Source: Chiloscyllium plagiosum
Taxonomy: Eukaryota
Direction: 5' to 3'
Length of the DNA: 64,000 nt
Assembly (NCBI RefSeq): GCF_004010195.1
Contig: NC_057718.1
Span: 91,936,892 to 92,000,891 of the forward strand
In this document: piece after piece, positions 41,373-52,349 of the stretch
Layout of the letters: each line of letters opens with the position of its first letter
Numbering within the stretch: the stretch's first letter is position 1
Made by a program: the position numbers and the translations under genes
The notes under the pieces: generated by a model
What the model was told of the DNA's origin: nothing
Seen by the model: the letters and a program-made list of their open reading frames with translations, nothing else
Databases searched by the model: none

Positions 41373-42737
41373 GTCTGTCATGGACCAGGCCAAACACCCT
41401 CAAAACATTTCAAGAAAGCAGCCCAGATCCGAAGTTTGCTAGCTGTTTTAAGTAGGTGTAAGTGGATATTCCAGGAGAGATGCTGCTGGACAAACCACTT
41501 GGTTTTCAACAGAACAGATTTTATTTACAAGATTACCAAATGAAACATACACAAAAAAGAGAACAGAATACAGAATAACTGAACCTATCTAAAAATCTAG
41601 TAGATCGTCCCAACTTAATAATGCTATTCCAAATACTTGTCACAATCCCCATAAACACCTCTTGGCACAAAAGGTAAAAATCAAACATTGACATCTCTCC
41701 TGTAAGATTCTAAGAGACAGTACCAGCATGAACCTGCTTCTTTGGGTCTCGCAGCTTCAGAACTTGCCTGACTTCTTTCAGTGAATAGCCAGACTGCCAA
41801 AACCAAATCAAACCAGAGTAAAGCTGAGCTGATAGAACTGGCCATTCCCCTTTCATTGTACAGGTGTTTTTCTTAAAAACTTAAAAGCCTTTTGCCTGAG
41901 GCACTATCTGTTAGCTATAATCAAACTGGCCCTAAAACCCTTCAACGTAGACTTTTCGGAGACTTTGATTTTTACAACCTCTCTGAAAGAAAAGCCAAGG
42001 ACAACATAACCTTGTTAAAGGAGCATCATTGTTACACTTCTCTATCCTTATTTCTTTTTAGTTGTCCTCTGTTGGTCTTTGTAGGCTTCACAATCCCCTT
42101 CGCCACATCATATGCTTTCTCTTTTGCTTTTGTGCTATCCCTTACTTCCCTTATCAGGCATGGTTGCCTCATCCTGCCTTCACAATGCCTCCTTTTCCTC
42201 GGGATAACTTTTTGCAGCATTTCTCGAATTGCTCTCAGAAACTCCTGCCATCGCTGTTCCACAGTCTTTCCTGCTAGGCTCCTCTCCCAGTCAATTCCAC
42301 CCATCGCCTCCCTCATGTCTCTGTAGTTACCCTTATTCAACGTTACACCTGATTCCAGCTTTTTCCTCTCAAACTCCAGAGTCAATTCTATCATGTTATA
42401 ATCACTGCCTCCTAAGGGTTCCTTCACCTTAAGCTCCCTTATCAAGTCAGCTTCATTACACACCACGACATCCAAAACTGCCTGTTCCCTAGTGGGCTCC
42501 ACCACAAGCAGCTCCAAACAGCCATCTCATAGTCATTCCCTGTATCCTTCCTACAATACAATTCCTACATCACATTACAATTTATCTTATGTATGCACTT
42601 GCTACTTCCATCCTTAGACAAGAATAGAGAGGGGAGCATTAGTAGCCAGATAAGACACAGATAGATCAATGATATTAATAGACACTTCAAACATAGAACA
42701 TTCCTGAATCTGTAGTTTATTGCCAATTATGACTTAC

Positions 42738-42787
42738 CTCAAATACAAAGAGAATGGAGTCCAGCTCCTCCCTCTGAGACTTATTCC
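42738..42787 (-). CDS. RALGAPA2: RALGAPA2 coding exon (probably exon 3), 50 nt, phase 1-0
   Basis: Minus strand: polypyrimidine tract, ...ggatttAG|GGAATAAG...TTTGAG|GTaagt. Translates (G)NKSQREELDSILFVFE. The phase fits the upstream exon and it continues the RALGAPA2 motif KSQREELDSILFxFE. Confidence 0.93.
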
Positions 42788-43559
42788 CTAAATCCAGACC
42801 AAAAGAAAGAAGAATGAGCAATTTCTGTATTTTCAAACACAATTTGCACAAGAGTAATATGAACTTTGGAAAAACAACATATCATATATGACAAGCAAAC
42901 ACCACGATATAGTTCAGACAGCTCTTAAAAATGAAAGCCAAGTATGTATGTTGTACAAACACTTTGTAACGACCTGGTATTAATAATTTTTCATTATAAA
43001 TTCAAAATATTAAGATCAGATGGAGCGATTTAATAAAATAAACATAATGGAGATTAATGGAAAGTTCACAAAAGGATAAAGCTATAATTATGCCATACAT
43101 CACTCTGTAATGGAGCATGAATGATTAACTAGTTTTTCAAAACTTGGAATTAATAGATTCCTTGTATACAATAGCACAGGGGCTCCAGTCTCTGCAAAAT
43201 CTAGATTTTCCAGTAATCGTTTGGTTTGCACTAGTTATGACCCCAGTCAGTGAAGAGATTCCCCTCCCCCCATTTCCATTTTCATTGATGGGTTTTATGA
43301 AAACTCAAGTGATATCTTGATGCCAAATTAACCACCAAAGAACAACGGTGGTGAAGTTCAAAACTGAAGGACTCTAATGAAATCCCTCAATGTCAGTAAA
43401 CAGCATTTTGGTGAATAAGTGTCATGTGATAGCATTACTTTCAACATCATAGATCATTTTGCTAATGACTGAAGCTGTAATATATATTGACGAAGTGATA
43501 TTTGGCAACTTGAAGTCCTGCTTTTGTGAACTATACTGAGCAATCCTGTCAGATAGATC

Positions 43560-43790
43560 GATGAATTGAACTGAATTGAATTCATTGTCACGTGTACCAA
43601 GGCACAGTGAAAAGCTTTGTCTTGCGAGCAATATAGGCAGATCACAGAGTTAAGTAGCATGGATAAGTAAATAATAGGTAAACAGCGACAAAAACAGAAC
43701 CACATGTACAGCCGTTTGAGAGTCCGTTCAGTATTCTAACAACAGTAGGGTAGAAACTGTTTCGAAAACCAACTAGTGCGTGTGTTGCAG
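43560..43790 (-). mobile_element. Rex1/Babar-like LINE 3' end
   Basis: FRNSFYPTVVRILNG C-terminal motif; (TTCAA)-like tail. Confidence 0.65.
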
Positions 43791-44104
43791 GCTGGTGTGT
43801 AATTTGCCAGTGTTGTTGCTGTACAGGAACAATTTGGCCAGAAATGCAGCTAGTTCTAGAGCAGAAATCATCAGTGCTAAACATGAGATGTTGGCAAGGC
43901 CCATAGACTGAACTTTATCCAGCACTCACAGTCCTTTCTACCCATGTGGTTAACTATTTGATTATGCACCACCATTCACAATTAGATGTGGTAGCGAAAC
44001 AAAGTTTTGATCCATACACACATTGATAACACATGAACAAATGATAATCCCAAAAGAACTGTGGATGCTGTAAATCAGAAACAAAAACAGAAATTGCTGG
44101 AAAA

Positions 44105-45760
44105 AGGCAATGTTGTCAAGGAGAATACGGAGGTACAGACTACGAGACGTGGTTGAGGTTCACAAGGAGGAGGTGTCAGCAATTCTGGAGAGTATGAAAA
44201 TAGATAAGTCCCTTGGGCTGGATGGTATTTATCCTACGATTCTATCGGAAGCCAGGGAGGAGGTTGCAGAGCCTTTGGCTTTGATCTTTATGTCATCATT
44301 GTCTATAGGAATAGTGCCAGAAGACAGGAGGATAGCAAATGTTGCCTCCTTTTCAAGAAAGGGTGCAGAGACAGCCCTGGTAATTAGAGACCAGTGAGTC
44401 GTACTTTGGTTGTGGGTAAAGCGTTAAGGTTATAAGAGATAGGATTTATAATCATCTAGAGAGGAATAGGTTGATTAGGGACAGTCAACACAGTTTTGTG
44501 AAGGGTAGGTTGTGCCTCACAAACCTTATTGAGTTTGAGAAGGTGACCAAACAGGTGGATGAGGGTAAAGCCGTTGATATGGTGTATATGGATTTCAGTA
44601 AGGTGTTTGATAAGGTTCCCCACTGTAGGCTATTGCACAAAATACAGACGCATGGGATTGAGGGTAATTTTAGTGATCTGGATCAGAAATTAGCTAGCTG
44701 AAAGAACACAGAGTGGTAGTTGATGGGAAATGTTCATTCTGGAGGTCAGTTACTAGTGGTGTGCCATAAGTATCTGTTTTGGGGCATTTGCTGTTTGCTA
44801 CTTTTATAAATGATCTAGATAAGGGCGTAGAAGGATGGGGTAGTAAATTTGTGGATAACAAAGTCAGTGGAGCTGTGGATAGTGCTGAAGGATGTTGCAG
44901 GTTACAGAAGGACATAGATAAGCTGCAGAGCTGGGTTGAGAGTTGGCAAATGGAGTTTAATGGAGAAAAGTGTGAGGTGATTCACTTTGGAAGGAGTAAA
45001 ACGAACAAAGAGTATTGGGCTAATGGTAAGGTTTTTGGTAGTGTGGATGAGCAGAGAGATTTCTGTGTCCATGCATATAGACCCCTCAAAGTTGCCAACC
45101 AGGTTGATAGGGTTGTTAAGAAGGCATACAGTGTGTTAGCTTTTACTGGGAGAGGGAATGAGTTTCGGAGCCACAAGGCCATGCTGAAACTGTACAAAAC
45201 TCTGGTGCAACTGTACAAAACTCTGGTGCAGCCGTACAAAACTCTGGTGCAGCCGTACAAAACTCTGGTGCAGCCGCATTGCAGTACTGCATACAGGTCT
45301 GGCCAATGCATTACAGGAAGGATGTAGAAGCTGTGGAAAGGGTTCAGAGGAGACTTACTAGGATGTTGCCTGTTATGGAGGGAAGGTCTTATGGGGAAAG
45401 GCTGAGGGACTTGAGACTGTTTTCGTTAGAGAAAAGAAGGTTGAGAGGTGAGACATATAAGATAGTCAGAAGGTTAGACAGGGTGGACAGTGAGAGCCTT
45501 TTTCCTCAGATGGTGATGGCTAGCACGAGGGGACACAACTTTAAACTGAGGGGTGATAGATAGACGTAGTTTCTTTACTCAGAATATCAAGGGCAACAGT
45601 AGTAGACTTGCCAACTTTAAGGGCATTTAAATGGTCATTTGATAAACATATGGATGAAAATGGAATAGTGTAGGATATATAGGCTTCAGACTGGTTCCAC
45701 AGGTCGGCGCAACATCGAAAGCGAAGGGTCTGTACTGCGCTGTAACATTCTATATTCTAC
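44105..45760 (+). mobile_element. CR1 LINE ORF2 copy inserted into a Penelope-derived short repeat
   Basis: RT ORFs 44110-45563. The host repeat lies at 44055-44104 and resumes at 45761-45835. Confidence 0.92.
45190..45276 (+). repeat. 21-bp tandem repeat x4 inside CR1 ORF2
   Basis: (c[t/c]gtacaaaactctggtgca[a/g])4, encoding (L/P)YKTLVQ four times. Confidence 0.97.
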
Positions 45761-46790
45761 CTCAGGAGGTTTACCATCATCTATGGAGAGAAATCTGAGT
45801 TAATACTTTGGGTTGAGTGATCTTTCCTCAGAATGGAATAATTCCTTTCCTGCGCTGGGTATTCAACATCCATTTGTTGTGGTGGCAGGGATTCATCTAC
45901 AGTATTCTTTTAAAAAGGTCACTGTTGGAAGTTTTCAGGAAAGATAAACTCCTCAAAAAAATTGTCAAGAGTTTTGTTGAAACCTGGTCATGCAAGCAGT
46001 GGGACAAAATTGTGTCTTTATAACATGCTACAGTACAGATTTTCAAATTTATTTCCTTTCTCCTCAGTTCAGCCTATTGGCAACTAGTCAATCTATGTGG
46101 TTCCACACACCCCTTAACATATCAGTACTGCTATTTCAAAAGGAAGTAATATGTTACCTTGGGATATAATAAGCAATTACCAGACAGATTCATCCATCCA
46201 TTTAATTATGAGGCTACATACAAAACAAACATACATAATTTCTAACTTTAGCAACTTTAGACCTATATTTCCCATTGTTTCTCATTAGCTAAGTTTCATC
46301 AACATATCTGATCAAGGACCAGAATATTTTCCACATAGGCAGGAAATAAACTTGCACATATTACAACAAAGAATGTTCAACTAGCTCAGCAAAAGTAAAA
46401 CCAATAAAGTATGTTGCAATTTTAATCACTCAGTAACAGATGTGGTTTAGAAACATCCAAGGCAACTAAAAGAAATTTCCAGGATATTGCATCTTTATCC
46501 TGTGAATATTTCATTGGGAAAAAAAAATTGCATTAGAAGAAATAGCATCAATTCTTCATTGATGCTACCATATCCAAGCTTTCTAAAATTAGGTGCTTAG
46601 TGGTATAATGTGTGTATCACTGCATGTTAGTTTTAATGGAGCAATGATAGTAAAACAACTATTGGCCATGAAACATTTGTCAAGATTGAAACGAAACATC
46701 TTAAGTTGTTCATTTTTGGTGAGAATTTTCCTGCACCTTTTGACAGAAAACTTTTACTCTGTAATTGCTCAAAGTGGAAGCTGATAACAG

Positions 46791-47420
46791 TGTTATAAAG
46801 ATCTGTGTCTTTAAGAAGAATTTGTGGTGTTCTGGTTCTCTTGAAGAGGGGTGTTGTAAACCTATTGCTGACGTGTCTGCTGCATGGAAAGTAGAATGAA
46901 TAGTTTGGGAAAGTTTTTTAAAAAGCAGACAAAACAAACATGAGATCACACTGACCCAAGGTTTCAATTTTGCTTTCAGTTGTTGAAGCTGTGGTTTTAT
47001 AGTTGTATCTGCAAGATATAGCTCTCTCTCTGCTGCTACAAAAACTGAGTTCTCTCCCTTTTACTAGATTCATTCCATTGGTGTTTCTTCTCCTGAACTA
47101 GAGAAGTGAGGGAAGTCTGTTTTGTTGAATGTACCTTTCCATGTTTATTAGATGCTGCTATATTGGAACAGTAAATGAGTAGCAGTTAAATAATATATTG
47201 CTTTAAGAATTTCAATAAAGTCAAAGTTCTGCTAATTCGTTTTAAGCTTGTATTTTAACCGTGGCCTAAGAACGAAGTAGGTTTTGCTGAAAGTCTAGTA
47301 GTTTGACCAAACCAATCCATCTGGAATGTTGCATTTTACGTTTCCTTTGAAATATGATAAAAGTTAGGGTCTAGACTACACCTTGATATGTTTTAAGGGA
47401 ATGTAGTCTGATCCATAACA
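46791..47420 (+). mobile_element. Solo LTR related to the Gmr1-like LTR
   Basis: TGTTAT...ATAACA termini; 47360-47420 resembles the reverse complement of 41376-41436. TSD not evident. Confidence 0.7.
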
Positions 47421-48216
47421 ATGATGAGGGCAAAATGCTATCTAGAATTTTAATGAACATTGGAACAAACAGTCTAGCTCTTTGACCAATAAGATTTTAT
47501 GAGACTGGGAACAAATGCGCAAAGGAAAATTTAAAATATAAAATGATTTGTTTCCCACAAATCCATAAAAAAATTGCTACATGTACAAAAATCACAATTT
47601 AAAGTTACTCCATTTCTGGGTCAATAAGTTGATTTGCACTTTATTAACAATTGTCACTCATGAAAAATCTAATCATACTCTTAATTCCTGTCATAGTATT
47701 TTGTGGTGAGTTAAATGGGTAATTATTGTGCAAATCCAATATGTTCCTTAAAAAATAACAAGGAAGCCAAGGACAAGATGCTATCTGTGCAAAGCAAAAG
47801 ATGGAATGATGTAAATCAACCAGCACATTTTCAAGATTCACAACATATCTCAAACTTACTGGCCAATGGCACATTAGTGATAGCATGCCACATTAACATT
47901 CTGTTCTTTTCCCAGCAAGTTCCAATCTAGTATTTATTGCCAGACCATACATGGCCTTAAAGAGTGTACACAACATTGAAATCACAAGGCATGCCTGCTA
48001 AAACAGAAAACTTCAGAACGTGAACCAGAAATATTCAAATTGCTGCAAGTCACGAGTGTATAAATACAGTTGACACATATTTACACAATAAACACTAGGT
48101 TTATTTATATTTTAAATATAAATGATTCAACATCTATGGGAAAACTGCATGCCAGAATGCAAGTACTTTTAAGCAAACACAAAACAGGGAACTAAATTTT
48201 CAGTAATCATTCTTAC

Positions 48217-48327
48217 CTTTTTGTTTTAAACTATTTTCCAGTGTGAATAGATTTTCAAAGAATATAAAATAAATCTGAGAGTAGTTGGTTTCAAAGAATT
48301 GCTTCAATTCACATCTTTCCAAAGTAT
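48217..48327 (-). CDS. RALGAPA2: RALGAPA2 coding exon (probably exon 2), 111 nt, phase 1-1
   Basis: Minus strand: ...tattattacAG|ATACTTTGG...CAAAAAG|GTaaga. Translates (D)[36 protein letters not shown](G). This matches the recalled N-terminus of vertebrate RALGAPA2 ([19 protein letters not shown]...LENSLK) better than RALGAPA1 (LKQFFDQHFSHIYYVFFEN). Confidence 0.93.
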
Positions 48328-48488
48328 CTGTAATAATACAATACATACTGTCAATGGATGCAAAAGAAGATGGTATTAAAGGTTTAAGTGAGAAAACAGA
48401 TTACAAGCAGATCAATGTGAGATAGCAGGGGAACAATGGGCTTACGTCTGACAAATAAAATTTAATATAGAAGGTTTATTACTAGGTA

Positions 48489-48706
48489 CAGGTAATTCTT
48501 CTATAACACAATGGTTGTGTTCTTGTGTGACCCCACGCTATATAAAAATTATACATAAAAATAGCAGTTCAAGTGTTGGTGACGCAATTACATTATAGCC
48601 AATACACGTTTTAAAAGTTTGCGCTATAGATGCAGCATCCCCTATTCGTCAAGCACGTTATCGCCAATTTGTGTTGACAGAACACGCATTATAGCGGAAT
48701 GACCTG
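48489..48706. mobile_element. Tigger-like MITE
   Basis: TA|CAGGTAATTCTTCTATAA ... TTATAGCGGAATGACCTG|TA. Confidence 0.85.
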
Positions 48707-49269
48707 TACATAAACTGAAATGCCAAGCACATTCCCATAATGCCAGGTTGTATGCTTAAGTCTCCTACATAAGAAACAGTGCATGAACATTGGAGAATCC
48801 AAGACCAGTTCCACAAAGTTTATGAAAAAGCATTCGGAGTGTTGGGGTACACTGCAAGGATGAATAAATACAAAACTTAAATAAGTGGGACCGTCATATA
48901 AAGCTTTCATTAAGACTCGCTTAGAACGTAGTGATCAGTTTTGGACCTTTAAAAGGTTCTAATATGGACCACTGATTGGCACCTAATTTTGCAATAGCCA
49001 TTATATTCACATAGATTACATTTTAGAGAGATTTCATTTCTTTTTTAAAATAATGTAAGGGTCACATAAAACATAGAAAAGTACAGCACAGAACAGGCTC
49101 TTTGGCCCACGATGTTGTGCCGAGATTTAATCCTAAATGATTCAGCTATTTCAGTTGCAAGTTTAGAAAAGTCAAGGGAGAGAGCAGCAAAAGTGATTTA
49201 AGCAGATGAAGATGCTAGATATGAGTTACAGCAACACTATCCAAGAGAGAGCTGGGCAAGTTCATGAAA

Positions 49270-50425
49270 GCTGGAAAAGCACAGCAGGTCAGGCAGCATC
49301 CGACGGAGCAGGAAAATCGACGTTTCAGGCAAAAGCCCTTCATCAGGAATAGAATTAGGAAGCCTCCAGGGTGGAGAGATAAATGGTGGGAGGACAGGCT
49401 GGGGAGAAGGTAGCAAAGAGTACAATAGGTCAATGGGGGTGGGGATGAAGGTGATAAGTCAGAGGGAAGGGTGGAGCAGATAGGTGGGAAGGGAGATTGG
49501 CAGGTAGGACAGGTCAGGAAGACAGTGCTGTGCTGGAAGGCTGGAACTGAGGTAAGGTGGGAGGAGGGGAAATGAGGAACTGGTGAAGTCAACATTGATG
49601 CCCTGGGGTTGAAGTGTTCCGAGGAGGAAGATGAGGCGTTCTTCCTCCAGGCGTCGGGTGGTGAGGGAGCGGCGGTGGAGGCGGCCCATGACCTGCATGC
49701 CCTCAACTGAGTGGGAGGGGGAGTTGAAATGGTGGGCCACGGGATGGCGGGGTTAATTGGTGAGGGTGTCCCAGAGATGTTCTCTGAAGCGCTCTGCTAG
49801 GAGGCATCCAGTCTTCCCAATATAGAGGAGACCGCATCGGGAGCAACAGAGACAATAAATGACATTGGTGGATGTGCAGGTGAAACTTTGATGGATGTGG
49901 AAGGCTCCTTTGGGGCCTTGGATGGTGGTGAGGGAGGAGGTGTGGGCGCAGGCTTTGCAATTCCTGCAGTGACAGGGGGAGGGTGCAAGGATGGGAGGGT
50001 GGTTTGTTAGGGGGTGTGGACCTGACCAGGTAGTCACAGAGGGAATGGTCTTTGCGGAAAGCGGAAAGGTGTGGGGAAGGAAATGTATCTCTGGTGGTGG
50101 GGTCCTCCAAATGTCCTCCCAGGACGTACAGGTCCTGGACCTCCTCCACTGCCGTTCCCTCACCACCCGACGCCTAGAGGAAATACACCTCATCTTCCGC
50201 CTCGGAACACTTCAACCTCAGGGCATCAATGTCAACTTCACCAGTTTCCTCATTTCCCCTCCCCCCACCTTACCTCAGTTCCAACCTTCCCGCTCAGCAC
50301 TGTCTTCATGACCTATCCTACCTGCCAATCTACCTTCCCACCTACCTGCTCCACCCTCCCCTCTGACATATCACCTCCATCCCCACCCCCATTCACCTAT
50401 TGTACTCTTTGCTACCTTCTCCACC
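49270..50425 (-). mobile_element. Penelope-like element (GIY-YIG endonuclease) with an inverted pseudo-LTR
   Basis: FTCTSTNVIYCLCCSRCGLLYIGKT...ERFREHL; 50122-50422 is an inverted copy of 49404-49700. Confidence 0.92.
49314..49350 (-). ncRNA. Minimal type I hammerhead ribozyme motif (intact core)
   Basis: attc-CTGATGA-agggc-tttt-gcct-GAAA-CGTC-gattt. Confidence 0.75.
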
Positions 50426-51992
50426 CACCCATATGGTAAAAGCTAAAAATGCTCTGCTCTCTTGTTCACTATCATTTCATATGTGCATACGAATTATCCA
50501 AAGGATGGAAGGTTGGAAAATATTAAACTCTATTCAAGAAACTGGATGAGAATAATGGAAAGGTTCATCTTAAATTTGTAGCTACGCTTATAAGGTTCAT
50601 ATAATTAAGTAAAAGTAACAGGTATTTTAAAATGCCAACTCCCAACAGGAACAGCATGTTTGACTAACTTGAAATAATCAAAACATTCAGTGAATGAGAA
50701 AGGGAATGCCATATGTTTTGATATGGATTTTCAAATGTATAACAGATCAATAAAAAGCTTAATGCAAAAGCTGTGATATATACATCTACAGTACAATACT
50801 TGGATGTGGAGCAACATAATTAAATTGAGAAGAGTGGAAATAAACATGTGCCCCAATCAATACGTACCCCAGAAATTAGGATAAAACCTCTTCCAATTTG
50901 AAAATGGACAGAGGAGGAAACTGCATCAAAATTTTAGGCTTGCACCAAATAGGAGGTATGGCACGTTGTGAGAAAATGTGCAAAAAAGCCATGACAGATT
51001 AACCAGTAGACAGAGGTAGTAACTGGCGTGGCATGTAAGGGTGCACGTATAGGTAATGGACAGGTGAAATATATTTACCCCAAGCAGAAGAATGTTTAGA
51101 TTAAGGAAAGAGAGGTACTTCCTGGTGCAAATGCATAGATCGTTAAATTGAGAATTAAGATACCCATGGCTATGAAAGCAAATGGCATTCTAAGTTTCAT
51201 ATACAAAACACAATTTCCACAGGAGATTTGCTGAATCATACTTAAGACACTGTGTGCAGTTATGCTAGAATTAGAAATAGAATTAGGTTTTATTGTCACA
51301 TGTATTCAAGTAAAGAACTAGAGAACTACAGTGAAAAGGGTACAAGTTGCCATTCTTTAGTACCAGTGTAGGTACAAACAAAACCTGTATTTTAAAAAAA
51401 CAAACTTAGATATAAAAACCAAGACAACCATCTGAGATCCAAAAACCAGATTTACAAAAGCAGAAACACACTCCAGGAAGCATTTTAGTCCAGAGAAAAG
51501 GGAGGTCAAATCAAGTTTGAAAGAATAGGTTGGAAGTCAGGCTGAAGGAATGAAGAGATCGTTACAACAGATAGGTTAAAAGAAAAAAAAAGTGACTTTC
51601 AAAATTTTGAAAGATGTTTTTTCAGGAGTCCTGAATCCATAACAAGTGGACACTCAGAATAACCAAGCTACAGGAAAACAAAGCTACAGGACATGCTTTC
51701 TTACTATTACAGTATGCAAAGTTTTATCAAAACAGTAATGACAACATTGCAACAGCAATTGAAAATGAATTAATGGAGAATTATTTTCAAGGTATACAAG
51801 ATACAGCTATGTGCAGATAAATTGTTTTCTCTTGGGAGCAAGCAAAGGGAGAATGCCGTGGCAATTTCTGTAATTCTATAGATAGCTGCCTTGAGCGCAG
51901 TTCAGACCCTCAAAACTTAATGATGCAATTTCAATTTCAGGATCACTGGGGGTAAAACCTACAAGGAGATCGGCAATGAAACTGACCATCAA

Positions 51993-52300
51993 TTAGAATC
52001 ATAGAATTCCTACAGTGCGGAAGCATTTGGCCCATTGAGTCCACACCAACAGTTCACACCTCACCCACCAAAAAATCCCACTTCATCCCTGTAATACTAA
52101 TTCCCAGGGTTAATTCATCTGGACACTGAGGAATTTAGCCTAACCTGCACATCATTGGACGGTGAGAAGAAACTTGAAGGAATCTCACATAGACACAAGG
52201 TGAATGTGCAAACTCCACACACAGTGTCATCCAAGGGTGGAATTAAACCTGGGTCCCTGGCAAGATAGCGGTGCTAACCGCTAAAGCGCCATGCCACCCC
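51993..52300 (-). mobile_element. HE1-type SINE
   Basis: Reverse complement of the SINE head, core and tail. Confidence 0.85.
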
Positions 52301-52349
52301 AGTCATTAGCATAACAGGAATGCCAAATGACACTATTCCTAAGGTCAAA

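Larger units (their letters stand above)
36784..42036 (-). mobile_element. Gmr1-like Ty3/Gypsy LTR retrotransposon (decayed)
   Basis: LTRs at 41376-42036 and 36784-37132; CTTC TSD (36780-36783 / 42037-42040). Domains in order: gag, CFHCNKVGH knuckle, LRDTGS protease, integrase (HELSLGHHLG; QSDQGSNF), RT (YIDD 38080-38091), RNase H (DA.GVGAVL). Confidence 0.93.
31435..42540 (-). mobile_element. Single CR1 copy split into three pieces (31435-31810, 36151-36783, 42037-42540)
   Basis: The pieces join colinearly across the L1 and LTR insertions; ORFs 31465-31797 and 42032-42517. Confidence 0.85.

Noticed and set aside
45190..45276. Regular short repeats as a possible CRISPR-like array (also 22805-23035)
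   Set aside because: No unique spacers, no cas genes and a vertebrate context; simple tandem duplications.
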